64,000 bases of DNA from Eledone cirrhosa. Lineage: Eukaryota. Within the stretch, counting starts at the first letter, position 1. Every line of letters begins with the position of its first letter. Positions 15,501-30,900 of the stretch are shown piece by piece. The notes below the pieces were generated by a model. The model was not told the origin of the DNA, searched no databases, and worked only from the letters and a program-made list of their open reading frames with translations. The stretch spans positions 10,354,001 through 10,418,000 of the forward strand of contig OZ024740.1 in the NCBI GenBank assembly GCA_964016885.1. The letters run 5' to 3'. The position numbers were made by a program, and so were the translations under genes.

Positions 15501-18500
15501 CCCCAGCATGGTGTCCCACTCTCTACCGATACTGCCAATCCACCACCCTAGCATGGTGTCCGATCCTCTACCGATACTGCCAATTCACCACCCTAGCATG
15601 GTGTCAGACCCTCTACCGATACTGCCAATCCACCACCCTAGCATGGTGTCCGATCCTCTACCGATACTGCCAATCCACCACCCTAGCATGGTGTCCCACC
15701 CTCTACCGATACTGCCAATCCACCACCCTAGCATGGTGTCCCACCCTCTACCGATACTGACAATCCACCACCCTAGCATGGTGTCAGACCCTCTACCGAT
15801 ACTGCCAATCCACCACCCTAGCATGGTGTCCCACCCTCTACCGATCCTGCCATCCACCACCCTAGCATGGTGTCAGACCCTTTACCGATACTGCCAATCC
15901 ACAACCCTAGCATGGTGTCAGACCCTCTACCGATACTGCCAATCCACCACCCTAGCATGGTGTCAGACCCTTTACCGATACTGCCAATCCACCGCCCTAG
16001 CATGGTGTCAGACCCTCTTCCGATACTGCCAATCCACCACCCTTGCATGGTGTCCCATGCTCTACCGATACTGCCAATCCACCACCCTAGCATGGTGTCC
16101 GACCCTCTACCGATACTGCCAATCCACCACCCTAGCATGGTGTCCAACCCTCTACCGATACTGCCAATCCACCACCCTAGCATGGTGTCCCACCCTCTAC
16201 CGATACTGCCAATCCACCACCCTAGCATGGTGTCCCACCCGCTACCGATACTGCCAATCCACCACCCTCCATGGTGTCCCACCCTCTACCGATACTGCCA
16301 ATCCACCACCCTAGCATGGTGTCCCACCCTCTACCGATACTGCCAATCCACCACCCTAGCATGTTGTCCCACTTTCTACCGATACTGCCAATCCACCACC
16401 CTAGCATGGTGTCCCACCCTCTACCGATACTGCCAATCCAGCACCCTAGCATGGTGTCCCACTTTCTACCGATACTGACAATCCACCGCCCTAGCATGGT
16501 GTCCGACACTCTACCGATACTGCCAATCCACCACACTAGCATGGTGTCCCACTCTCTACCGATACTGCCAATCCACCACCCTAGCATGGTGTCCCACTCT
16601 CTACCGATATTGCCAATCCACCACCCTAGCATGGTGTCCGATCCTCTACCGATACTGCCAATCCACCCCCCTAGCATGGTGTCAGACCCTCTACCGATAC
16701 TGCCAATCCACCACCCTAGCATGGTGTCCCACCCTCTACCGATACTGCCGATCCACCACCCTAGCATGGTGTCAGACCCTCTACCGATACTGCCAATCCA
16801 CCACCCTAGCATGGTGTCCCACCCTCTACCGATACTGCCAATCCACCACCCTAGCATGGTGTCAGACCCTCTACCAATACTGCCAATCCACCACCCTAGC
16901 ATGGTGTCCCACCCTCTACCGATACTGCCAATCCACCACCCTAGCATGGTGTCAGACCCTCTACCAATACTGCCAATCCACCACCCTAGCATGGTGTCCC
17001 ACTCTCTACCGATACTGCCAATCCACCACCCTAGCATGGTGTCCCACCCTCTACCGATACTGCCAATCCACCACCCTAGCATGGTGTCCCACTCTCTACC
17101 GATACTGCCAATCCACCACCCTAGCATGGTGTCCGACCCTCTACCGATACTGCCAATCCACCGCCCTAGCATGGTGTCCCACCCTCTACCGATACTGCCA
17201 ATCCACCACCCTAGCATGGTGTCCCACCCTCTACCGATACTGCCAATCCACCACCCTAGCATGGTGTCAGACCCTCTACCGATACTGCCAATCCACCACC
17301 CTAGCATGGTGACCCACCCTCTACCGATACTGCCAATCAACCACCCTAGCATGGTGTCCCACCCTCTACCGATACTGCCAATCCACCACCCTAGCATGGT
17401 GTCCCACCCTCTACCGATACTGCCAATCCACCACACTAGAATGGTGTCCCACTCTCTAGCAATACTGCCAATCCATTACCCTAGCATGGTGTCCCACCCT
17501 CTACCGATACTGCCAATCCACCACCCTAGCATGGTGTCACACCCTCTACCGATACTGCCAATCCACCACCCTAGCATGGTGTCCGACCCTCTACCGATAC
17601 TGCCAATCCACCACCCTAGCATGGTGTCCCACCCTCTACCGATACTGCCAATCCACCACACTAGAATGGTGTCCCACTCTCTAGCAATACTGCCAATCCA
17701 TTACCCTAGCATGGTGTCCCACCCTCTACCGATACTGCCAATCCACCACCCTAGCATGGTGTCACACCCTCTACCGATACTGCCAATCCACCACCCTAGC
17801 ATGGTGTCCGATCCTCTACCGATACTGCCAATCCACCACCCTAGCATGGTGTCCCACCCTCTACCGATACTGCCAATCCACCACCCAAGCATGGTGTCAG
17901 ACCCTCTACCGATACTGCCAATCCACCACCCTAGCATGGTGTCCCACCCTCTACCGATACTGCCAATCCACCACCCTAGCATGGTGTCAGACCCTCTACC
18001 GATACTGCCAATCCACCGCCCTAGCATGGTGTCAGACCCTCTACCGATACTGCCAATACACCGCCCTAGCATGGTGTCCGACCCTCTACCGATAGTGCCA
18101 ATCCACCACCCTAGCATGGTGTCCGACCCTCTACCGATACTGCCAATCCACCGCCCTAGCATGGTGTCAGACCCTCTACCGATACTGCCAATCCACCGCC
18201 CTAGCATGGTCTCCGACTCTCTACCGATAGTGCCAATCCACCACCCTAGCATGGTGTCCGACCCTCTACCGATACTGCCAATCCACCGCCCTAGCATGGT
18301 GTCAGACCCTCTACCGATACTGCCAATCCACCGCCCTAGCATGGTCTCCGACTCTCTACCGATACTGCCAATCCACCACCCTAGCATGGTGTCCGACCCT
18401 CTACCGATACTGCCAATCCACCACCCTAGCATGGTGTCAGACCCTCTACCGATACTGCCAATCCACCGCCCTAGCATGGTGTCAGACCCTCTACCGATAC

Positions 18501-18930
18501 TGCCAATCCACCACCCTAGCATGGTGTCAGACCCTCTACCGATACTGCCAATCCACCACCCTAGCATGGTGTCCGACCCGCTACCGATACTGCCAATCCA
18601 CCACCCTAGCATGGTGTCAGACCCTCTACCGATACTGCCAATCCACCACCCTAGCATGGTGTCAGACCCTCTACCGATACTGCCAATCCACCACCCTAGC
18701 ATGGTGTCAGACCCTCTACCGATACTGCCAATCCACCACCCTAGCATGGTGTCAGACCCTCTACCGATACTGCCAATCCACCATCCTAGCATGGTGTCCT
18801 ACCCTCTACCGATACTGCCAATCCACAACCCTAGCATGGTGTCCCACTCTCTACCGATACTGCCAATCCACCACCCTAGCATGGTGTCCCACCCTCTACC
18901 GACACTGCCAATCCACCACCCTAGCATGGT
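12590..18930 (+). repeat. Imperfect tandem duplication of about 2.8-3.5 kb (copy A ~12590-15420, copy B ~15420-18930)
   Basis: Shared markers are ccaccccagc (~12670/~15503), gatcctgccatcc (~13012/~15845), ccctccatg (~13345/~16268) and paired cactagaatg..ctagcaatac..ccattacc units (~14470,14740/~17438,17663). Offsets of 2833-2968 bp change by whole monomers. Confidence 0.85.
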
Positions 18931-21900
18931 GTCCCACCCTCTACCGATACTGCCAATCCACCACACTAGCATGGTGTCCCACTCTCTACCGATACTGCCA
19001 ATCCACCACCCTAGCATGGTGTCCCACTCTCTACCGATACTGCCAATCCACCACCCTAGCATGGTGTCCCACCCTCTACCGACACTGCCAATCCACCACC
19101 CTAGCATGGTGTCCCACCCTCTACCGATACTGCCAATCCACCACCCTAGCATGGTGTCCGACCCTCTACCGATACTGCCAATCCACCACACTAGCATGGT
19201 GTCCCACCCTCTACCGATACTGCCAATCCACCACCCTAGCATGGTGTCCCACCCTCTACCGATACTGCCAATCCACCACCCTAGCATGGTGACCCACCCT
19301 CTACCGATACTGCCAATCAACCACCCTAGCATAGTGTCCCACTCTCTATCGATACTGCCAATCCACCACCCTAGCATGGTGTCAGACCCTCTACCGATAC
19401 TGCCAATCCACCACCCTAGCATGGTGTCAGACCCTCTACCGATACTGCCAATCCACCGCCCTAGCATGGTGTCTGACTCTCTACCGATACTGCCAATCCA
19501 CCACCCTAGCATGGTGTCCGACCCTCTACCGATACTGCCAATCCACCACCCTAGCATGGTGTCAGACCCTCTACCGATACTGCCAATCCACCACCCTAAC
19601 ATGGTGTCCGACCCTCTACCGATACTGCCAATCCACCACCCTAGCATGGTCTCCCACCCTCTACCGATACTGCCAATCCACCACCCTAGCATGGTGTCAC
19701 ACCCTCTACCGATACTGCCAATCCACCACCCTAGCATGGTGTCAGACCCTCTACCGATACTGCCAATCCACCACCCTAGCATGGTGTCCCACTCTCTATC
19801 GATACTGCCAATCCACCACCCTAGCATGGTGTCCCACCCTCTACCGACACTGCCAATCCACCACCCTAGCATGGTGTCCCACCCTCTACCGATACTGCCA
19901 ATCCACCACCCTAGCATGGTGTCCCACCCTCTACCGATACTGCCAATCCACCACCCTAGCATGGTGTCAGACCCTCTACCGATACTGACAATCCACCACC
20001 CTAGCATGGTGTCCCACCCTCTACCGATACTGCCAATCCACCACCCTAGCATGATGACCCACCCTCTACCGATACTGCCAATCAACCACCCTAGCATGAT
20101 GACCCACCCTCTACCGATACTGCCAATCCACCACCCTAGCATGATGACCCACCCTCTACCGATACTGCCAATCCACCACCCTAGCATGGTGTCCGACGCT
20201 CTACCGATACTGCCAATCCACCACCCTAGCATGGTGTCAGACCCTCTACCGATACTGCCAATCCACCACCCTAGCATGGTGTCCCACCCTCTACCGATAC
20301 TGCCAATCTACCACCCTAGCATGATGACCCACCCTCTACCGATACTGCCAATCAACCACCCTAGCATGGTGTCCACCCTCTACCGATACTGCCAATCCAC
20401 CACCCTAGCATAGTGTCCCACTCTCTATCGATACTGCCAATCCACCACCCTAGCATAGTGTCCCACTCTCTATCGATACTGCCAATCCACCACCCTAGCA
20501 TGGTGTCAGACCCTCTACCGATACTGCCAATCCACCACCCTAGCATGGTGTCCCACTCTCTACCGATACTGCCAATCCACCACCCTAGCATGGTGTCCCA
20601 CCCTCTACTGACACTGCCAATCCACCACCCTAGCATGGTGTCCGACCCTCTACCGATACTGCCAATCCACCACCCTAGCATGGTGTCCCACCCTCTACCG
20701 ATACTGCCAATCCACCACCCTAGCATGGTGTCCCACCCTCTACCGATACTGCCAATCCACCACCCTAGCATGGTGTCCCACCCTCTACCGATACTGCCAA
20801 TCCACCACCCTAGCATGGTGTCAGACCCTCTACCGATACTGCCAATCCACCGCCCTAGCATGGTGTCTGACTCTCTACCGATACTGCCAATCCACCACCC
20901 TAGCATGGTGTCCCACCCTCTACCGATACTGCCAATCCACCACCCTAGCATGGTGTCCCACCCTCTACCGATACTGCCAATCCACCACCCTAGCATGGTG
21001 TCAGACCCTCTACCGATACTGACAATCCACCACACTAGTATGGTGTCCGACCCTCTACCGATACTGACAATCCACCACCCTAGCATGGTGTCCGACCCTC
21101 TACCGATACTGCCAATCCACCACCCTAGCATGGTGTCCCACCCTCTACCGATACTGCCAATCCACCACCCTAGCATGGTGTCAGACCCTCTACCGATACT
21201 GCCAATCCACCGCCCTAGCATGGTGTCTGACTCTCTACCGATACTGCCAATCCACCACCCTAGCATGGTGTCCCACCCTCTACCGATACTGCCAATCCAC
21301 CACCCTAGCATGGTGTCCCACCCTCTACCGATACTGCCAATCCACCACCCTAGCATGGTGTCAGACCCTCTACCGATACTGACAATCCACCACCCTAGCA
21401 TGGTGTCCCACCCTCTACCGATACTGCCAATCCACCACCCTAGCATGGTGTCAGACCCTCTACCGATACTGCCATTCCACCACCCTAGCGTGGTGTCAGA
21501 CCCTCTACCGATACTTCCAATCCACCACCCTAACATGGTGTCCTACCCTCTACCGATACTGCCAATCCACCACCCTAGCATGGTCTCCCACCCTCTACCG
21601 ATACTGCCAATCCACCACCCTAGCATGGTATCAGACCCTCTACCGACACTGCCAATCCACCACCCTAGCATGGTGTCCCACCCTCTACCGATACTGCCAA
21701 TCCACCACCCTAGCATGTTGTCAGACCCTCTACCGATACTGCCAATCCACCACCCTAGCATGGTGTCCCACCCTCTACCGATACTGCCAATCAACCACCC
21801 TAGCATGGTGTCCCACCCTCTACCGATACTGCCAATCCACCACCCTAGCATGGTGTCAGACCCTCTACCGATACTGCCAATCCACCACCCTAGCATGGTG

Positions 21901-24900
21901 TCCCACCCTCTACCGATACTGCCAATCAACCACCCTAGCATGGTGTCCCACCCTCTACCGATACTGCCAATCCACCACCCTAGCATGTTGTCAGACCCTC
22001 TACCGATACTGCCAATCCACCACCCTAGCATGGTGTCCCACCCTCTACCGATACTGCCAATCAACCACCCTAGCATGGTGTCCCACCCTCTACCGATACT
22101 GCCAATCCACCACCCTAGCATGGTGTCCGACCCTCTACCGATACTGCGAATCCACCACCCTAGCATGGTGTCAGACCCTCTACCGATACTGCCAATCCAC
22201 CACCCTAGCATGGTGTCCCACCCTCTACCGATACTGCCAATCCACCACACTAGCATGGTGTCAGACCCTCTATCGATACTGCCAATCCACCACCCTAGCA
22301 TGGTGTCCGACCCTCTACCGATACTGCCAATCCACCACCCTAGCATGGTGTCCGACCCTCTACCGATACTGCCAATCCACCACACTAGCATGGTGTCAGA
22401 CCCTCTACCGATACTGTCAATCCACCACCCTAACATGGTGTCAGACCCTCTACCGACACTGCAAATCCACCACCCTAGCATGGTGTCCCACCCTCTACCG
22501 ATACTGCCAATCCACCACCCTTGCATGGTGTCAGACCCTCTACCGATACTGCCAATCCACCACCCTAGCATGGTGTCCCACCCTCTACCGATACTGCCAA
22601 TCCACCACCCTAGCATGGTGTCAGGCCCTCTACCGATACTGCCAATCCACCACCCTAGCATGGTGTCCCACCCTCTACCGATACTGCCAATCCACCACCC
22701 TACCATGGTGTCAGACCCTCTACCGATACTGCCAATCCACCACCCTAGCATGGTGTCCCACCCTCTACCGATACTGCCAATCCACCACACAAGCATGTTG
22801 TCCCACACTCTACCGATACTGCCAATCCACCGCCCTAGCATGGTGTCTGATTCTCTACCGATACTGCCAATTCACCACCCTAGCATGGTGTCCCACCCTC
22901 TACCGATACTGCCAATCAACCACCCTAGCATGGTGTCCAACCCTCTACCGATACTGCCAATCCACCACCCTAGCATGGTGTCAGACGCTCTACCGATACT
23001 GCCAATCCACCACCCTAGCATGGTGTCCCACCCTCTACCGATACTGCCAATCCACCACCCTAGCATGGTGTCCCACCCTCTACCGATACTGCCAATCCAC
23101 CACCCTAGCATGGTGTCAGACGCTCTACCGATACTGCCAATCCACCACCCTAGCATGGTGTCCCACCCTCTACCGATACTGCCAATCCACCACCCTAGCA
23201 TGGTGTCAGACCCTCTACCGATACTGCCAATCCACCACCCTAGCATGGTGTCAGACCCTCTACTGATACTGCCAATCCACCACCCTAGCATGGTGTCCCA
23301 CCCTCTACCGATACTGCCAATCCACCACCCTAGCATGGTGTCAGACCCTATACCGATACTGCCAATCCGCAAGCCTAGCATGGTGTCAGACCCTCTACCG
23401 ATACTGCCAATCCACCGCCCTAGCATGGTGTCAGACCCTCTACCGATACTGCCAATCCACCACCCTAGCATGGTGTCCCACCCTCTACCGATACTGCCAA
23501 TCCACCACCCTAGCATGGTGTTCCACCCTCTACCGATACTGCCAATCCACCGCCCTAGCATGGTGTCCGACCCTCTACCGATACTGCCAATCCACCACCC
23601 TAGCATGGTGTCAGACCCTCTACCGATACTGCCAATCCACCACCCTAGCATGGTGTCCCACCCTCTACCGATACTGCCAATCCACCACCCTAGCATGGTG
23701 TTCCACCCTCTACCGATACTGCCAATCCACCGCCCTAGCATGGTGTCCGACCCTCTACCGATACTGCCAATCCACCACCCTAGCATGGTCTCCCACCCTC
23801 TACCGATACTGCCAATCCACCACCCTAGCATGGTGTCCCACCCTCTACCGATACTGCCAATCCACCACCCTAGCATGGTGTCCCACCCTCTACCGATACT
23901 GCCAATCAACCACCCTAGCATGGTGTCCAACCCTCTACCGATACTGCCAATCCACCACCCTAGCATGGTGTCAGACGCTCTACCGATACTGCCAATCCAC
24001 CGCCCTAGCATGGTGTCAGACCCTCTACCGATACTGCCAATCCACCACCCTAGCATGGTGTCCCATCCTCTACCGATACTGCCAATCCACCACCCTAGCA
24101 TGGTGTCCCCCCCTCTACCGATACTGCCAATCCACCGCCCTAGCATGGTGTCAGACCCTCTACCGATACTGCCAATCCACCACCCTAGCATGGTGTCCCA
24201 CCCTCTACCGATACTGCCAATCCACCACACTAGCATGGTGTTCCACCCTCTACCGATACTGCCAATCCACCGCCCTAGCATGGTGTCTGACCCTCTACCG
24301 ATATTGCCAATCCACCACCCTAGCATGGTGTCAGACCCTCTACCGATACTGCCAATCCACCACCCTAGCATGGTGTCCCACCCTCTACCGATACTGCCAA
24401 TCAACCACCCTTGCATGGTGTCCAACCCTCTACCGATACTGCCAATCCACCACCCTAGCATGGTGTCAGACGCTCTACCGATACTGCCAATCCACCACCC
24501 TAGCATGGTGTCCCACCCTCTACCGATACTGCCAATCCACCACCCTAGCATGGTGTCAGACGCTCTACCGATACTGCCAATCCACCACCCTAGCATGGTG
24601 TCAGACCCTCTACCGATACTGCCAATCCACCACCCTAGCATGGTGTCCCACCCTCTACCGATACTGCCAATCCACCACCCTAGCATGTTGTCAGACGCTC
24701 TACCGATACTGCCAATCCACCACCCTAGCATGGTGTCAGACCCTCTACCGATACTGCCAATCCACCACCCTAGCATGGTGTCCCACCCTCTACCGATACT
24801 GCCAATCCACCACCCTAACATGGTGTCAGACCCTCTACCGACACTGCAAATCCACCACCCTAGCATGGTGTCCCACCTCTACCGATACTGCCAATCAACC

Positions 24901-27900
24901 ACCCTAGCATGGTGTCCCACCCTCTACCGATACTGCCAATCCACCACCCTAGCATGGTGTCAGACGCTCTACCGATACTGCCAATCCACCACCCTAGCAT
25001 GGTGTCAGACGCTCTACCGATACTGCCAATCCACCACCCTAGCATAGTGTTCCACCCTCTACCGATACTGCCAATCCACCACCCTAGCATGGTGTCCCAC
25101 CCTCTACCGATACTGCCAATCCACCACACTAGCATGGTGTCAGACCCTCTACCGACACTGCAAATCCACCACCCTAGCATGGTGTCCCACCCTCTACCGA
25201 TACTGCCAATCCACCACCCTAGCATGGTGTCAGACCCTCTACCGATACTGCCAATCCACCACCCTAGCATGGTGTCAGACCCTCTACCGATACTGCCAAT
25301 CCACCGCCCTAGCATGGTGTCCGACTCTCTACCGATACTGCCAATCCACCACCCTAGCATGGTGTCCGACCCTCTACCGATACTGCCAATCCACCACCCT
25401 AGCATGGTGTCAGACCCTCTACCGATGCTGCCAATCCACCACCCTAGCATGGTGTCAGACCCTCTACCGATACTGCCAATCCACCACCCTAGCATGGTGT
25501 CAGACCCTCTACCGATACTGCCAATCCACCACCCTAGCATGGTGTCAGACCCTCTACCGATACTGCCAATCCACCACCCTAGCATGGTGTCAGACCCTCT
25601 ACCGATACTGCCAATCCACCACCCTAGCATGGTGTCAGACCCTCTACCGATACTGCCATTCCACCACCCTAGCATGGTCTCCCACCCTCTACCGATACTG
25701 CCAATCCACCACCCTAGCATGGTGTCAGACCCTCTACCGATACTGACAATCCACCACCCTAGCATGGTGTCAGACCCTCTACCGATACTGCCAATCCACC
25801 GCCCTAGCATGGTGTCTGACTCTCTACCGATACTGCCAATCCACCACCCTAGCATGGTGTCCCACCCTCTACCGATACTGCCAATCCAGCACCCTAGCAT
25901 GGTGTCCCACCCTCTACCGATACTGCCAATCTAACACCCTAGCATGGCGTCCGTCCCTCTACCGATACTGCCAATCCACCACTCTAGCATGGTGTCAGAC
26001 CCTCTTCCGATACTGACAATCCACCACCCTAGCATGGTGTCCCACCCTCTACCGATACTGCCAATCTAACACCCTAGCATGGCGTCCGTCCCTCTACCGA
26101 TACTGCCAATCCACCACCCTAGCATGGTGTCAGACCCTCTACCGATACTGCCGATCCAGCACCCTAGCATGGTTTCCCACCCTCTACCGATACTGCCAAT
26201 CCACCACCCTAGCATGGTGTCCCACCCTCTACCGATACTGCCAATCCAGCACCCTAGCATGGTGTCCCACTTTCTACCGATACTGACAATCCACCGCCCT
26301 AGCATGGTGTCCGACACTCTACCGATACTGCCAATCCACCACACTAGCATGGTGTCCCACTCTCTACCGATACTGCCAATCCACCACCCTAGCATGGTGT
26401 CCCACTCTCTACCGATATTGCCAATCCACCACCCTAGCATGGTGTCCGATCCTCTACCGATACTGCCAATCCACCCCCCTAGCATGGTGTCAGACCCTCT
26501 ACCGATACTGCCAATCCACCACCCTAGCATGGTGTCCCACCCTCTACCGATACTGCCGATCCACCACCCTAGCATGGTGTCAGACCCTCTACCGATACTG
26601 CCAATCCACCACCCTAGCATGGTGTCCCACCCTCTACCGATACTGCCAATCCACCACCCTAGCATGGTGTCAGACCCTCTACCAATACTGCCAATCCACC
26701 ACCCTAGCATGGTGTCCCACCCTCTACCGATACTGCCAATCCACCACCCTAGCATGGTGTCAGACCCTCTACCAATACTGCCAATCCACCACCCTAGCAT
26801 GGTGTCCCACTCTCTACCGATACTGCCAATCCACCACCCTAGCATGGTGTCCCACCCTCTACCGATACTGCCAATCCACCACCCTAGCATGGTGTCCCAC
26901 TCTCTACCGATACTGCCAATCCACCACCCTAGCATGGTGTCCGACCCTCTACCGATACTGCCAATCCACCGCCCTAGCATGGTGTCCCACCCTCTACCGA
27001 TACTGCCAATCCACCACCCTAGCATGGTGTCCCACCCTCTACCGATACTGCCAATCCACCACCCTAGCATGGTGTCAGACCCTCTACCGATACTGCCAAT
27101 CCACCACCCTAGCATGGTGACCCACCCTCTACCGATACTGCCAATCAACCACCCTAGCATGGTGTCCCACCCTCTACCGATACTGCCAATCCACCACCCT
27201 AGCATGGTGTCCCACCCTCTACCGATACTGCCAATCCACCACACTAGAATGGTGTCCCACTCTCTAGCAATACTGCCAATCCATTACCCTAGCATGGTGT
27301 CCCACCCTCTACCGATACTGCCAATCCACCACCCTAGCATGGTGTCACACCCTCTACCGATACTGCCAATCCACCACCCTAGCATGGTGTCCGACCCTCT
27401 ACCGATACTGCCAATCCACCACCCTAGCATGGTGTCCCACCCTCTACCGATACTGCCAATCCACCACACTAGAATGGTGTCCCACTCTCTAGCAATACTG
27501 CCAATCCATTACCCTAGCATGGTGTCCCACCCTCTACCGATACTGCCAATCCACCACCCTAGCATGGTGTCACACCCTCTACCGATACTGCCAATCCACC
27601 ACCCTAGCATGGTGTCCGATCCTCTACCGATACTGCCAATCCACCACCCTAGCATGGTGTCCCACCCTCTACCGATACTGCCAATCCACCACCCAAGCAT
27701 GGTGTCAGACCCTCTACCGATACTGCCAATCCACCACCCTAGCATGGTGTCCCACCCTCTACCGATACTGCCAATCCACCACCCTAGCATGGTGTCAGAC
27801 CCTCTACCGATACTGCCAATCCACCGCCCTAGCATGGTGTCAGACCCTCTACCGATACTGCCAATACACCGCCCTAGCATGGTGTCCGACCCTCTACCGA

Positions 27901-30900
27901 TAGTGCCAATCCACCACCCTAGCATGGTGTCCGACCCTCTACCGATACTGCCAATCCACCGCCCTAGCATGGTGTCAGACCCTCTACCGATACTGCCAAT
28001 CCACCGCCCTAGCATGGTCTCCGACTCTCTACCGATACTACCAATCCACCACCCTAGCATGGCGTCCGACCCTCTACCGATACTGCCAATCCACCGCCCT
28101 AGCATGGTGTCAGACCCTCTACCGATACTGCCAATCCACCGCCCTAGCATGGTGTCAGACCCTCTACCGATACTGCCAATCCACCACCCTAGCATGGTGT
28201 CAGACCCTCTACCGATACTGCCAATCCACCACCCTAGCATGGTGTCCGACCCGCTACCGATACTGCCAATCCACCACCCTAGCATGGTGTCAGACCCTCT
28301 ACCGATACTGCCAATCCACCACCCTAGCATGGTGTCAGACCCTCTACCGATACTGCCAATCCACCACCCTAGCATGGTGTCAGACCCTCTACCGATACTG
28401 CCAATCCACCACCCTAGCATGGTGTCAGACCCTCTACCGATACTGCCAATCCACCATCCTAGCATGGTGTCCTACCCTCTACCGATACTGCCAATCCACA
28501 ACCCTAGCATGGTGTCCCACTCTCTACCGATACTGCCAATCCACCACCCTAGCATGGTGTCCCACCCTCTACCGACACTGCCAATCCACCACCCTAGCAT
28601 GGTGTCCCACCCTCTACCGATACTGCCAATCCACCACACTAGCATGGTGTCCCACTCTCTACCGATACTGCCAATCCACCACCCTAGCATGGTGTCCCAC
28701 TCTCTACCGATACTGCCAATCCACCACCCTAGCATGGTGTCCCACCCTCTACCGACACTGCCAATCCACCACCCTAGCATGGTGTCCCACCCTCTACCGA
28801 TACTGCCAATCCACCACCCTAGCATGGTGTCCGACCCTCTACCGATACTGCCAATCCACCACACTAGCATGGTGTCCCACCCTCTACCGATACTGCCAAT
28901 CCACCACCCTAGCATGGTGTCCCACCCTCTACCGATACTGCCAATCCACCACCCTAGCATGGTGACCCACCCTCTACCGATACTGCCAATCAACCACCCT
29001 AGCATAGTGTCCCACTCTCTATCGATACTGCCAATCCACCACCCTAGCATGGTGTCAGACCCTCTACCGATACTGCCAATCCACCACCCTAGCATGGTGT
29101 CAGACCCTCTACCGATACTGCCAATCCACCGCCCTAGCATGGTGTCTGACTCTCTACCGATACTGCCAATCCACCACCCTAGCATGGTGTCCGACCCTCT
29201 ACCGATACTGCCAATCCACCACCCTAGCATGGTGTCAGACCCTCTACCGATACTGCCAATCCACCACCCTAACATGGTGTCCGACCCTCTACCGATACTG
29301 CCAATCCACCACCCTAGCATGGTCTCCCACCCTCTACCGATACTGCCAATCCACCACCCTAGCATGGTGTCACACCCTCTACCGATACTGCCAATCCACC
29401 ACCCTAGCATGGTGTCAGACCCTCTACCGATACTGCCAATCCACCACCCTAGCATGGTGTCCCACTCTCTATCGATACTGCCAATCCACCACCCTAGCAT
29501 GGTGTCCCACCCTCTACCGACACTGCCAATCCACCACCCTAGCATGGTGTCCCACCCTCTACCGATACTGCCAATCCACCACCCTAGCATGGTGTCCCAC
29601 CCTCTACCGATACTGCCAATCCACCACCCTAGCATGGTGTCAGACCCTCTACCGATACTGACAATCCACCACCCTAGCATGGTGTCCCACCCTCTACCGA
29701 TACTGCCAATCCACCACCCTAGCATGATGACCCACCCTCTACCGATACTGCCAATCAACCACCCTAGCATGATGACCCACCCTCTACCGATACTGCCAAT
29801 CCACCACCCTAGCATGATGACCCACCCTCTACCGATACTGCCAATCCACCACCCTAGCATGGTGTCCGACGCTCTACCGATACTGCCAATCCACCACCCT
29901 AGCATGGTGTCAGACCCTCTACCGATACTGCCAATCCACCACCCTAGCATGGTGTCCCACCCTCTACCGATACTGCCAATCTACCACCCTAGCATGATGA
30001 CCCACCCTCTACCGATACTGCCAATCAACCACCCTAGCATGGTGTCCACCCTCTACCGATACTGCCAATCCACCACCCTAGCATAGTGTCCCACTCTCTA
30101 TCGATACTGCCAATCCACCACCCTAGCATAGTGTCCCACTCTCTATCGATACTGCCAATCCACCACCCTAGCATGGTGTCAGACCCTCTACCGATACTGC
30201 CAATCCACCACCCTAGCATGGTGTCCCACTCTCTACCGATACTGCCAATCCACCACCCTAGCATGGTGTCCCACCCTCTACTGACACTGCCAATCCACCA
30301 CCCTAGCATGGTGTCCGACCCTCTACCGATACTGCCAATCCACCACCCTAGCATGGTGTCCCACCCTCTACCGATACTGCCAATCCACCACCCTAGCATG
30401 GTGTCCCACCCTCTACCGATACTGCCAATCCACCACCCTAGCATGGTGTCCCACCCTCTACCGATACTGCCAATCCACCACCCTAGCATGGTGTCAGACC
30501 CTCTACCGATACTGCCAATCCACCGCCCTAGCATGGTGTCTGACTCTCTACCGATACTGCCAATCCACCACCCTAGCATGGTGTCCCACCCTCTACCGAT
30601 ACTGCCAATCCACCACCCTAGCATGGTGTCCCACCCTCTACCGATACTGCCAATCCACCACCCTAGCATGGTGTCAGACCCTCTACCGATACTGACAATC
30701 CACCACACTAGTATGGTGTCCGACCCTCTACCGATACTGACAATCCACCACCCTAGCATGGTGTCCGACCCTCTACCGATACTGCCAATCCACCACCCTA
30801 GCATGGTGTCCCACCCTCTACCGATACTGCCAATCCACCACCCTAGCATGGTGTCAGACCCTCTACCGATACTGCCAATCCACCGCCCTAGCATGGTGTC

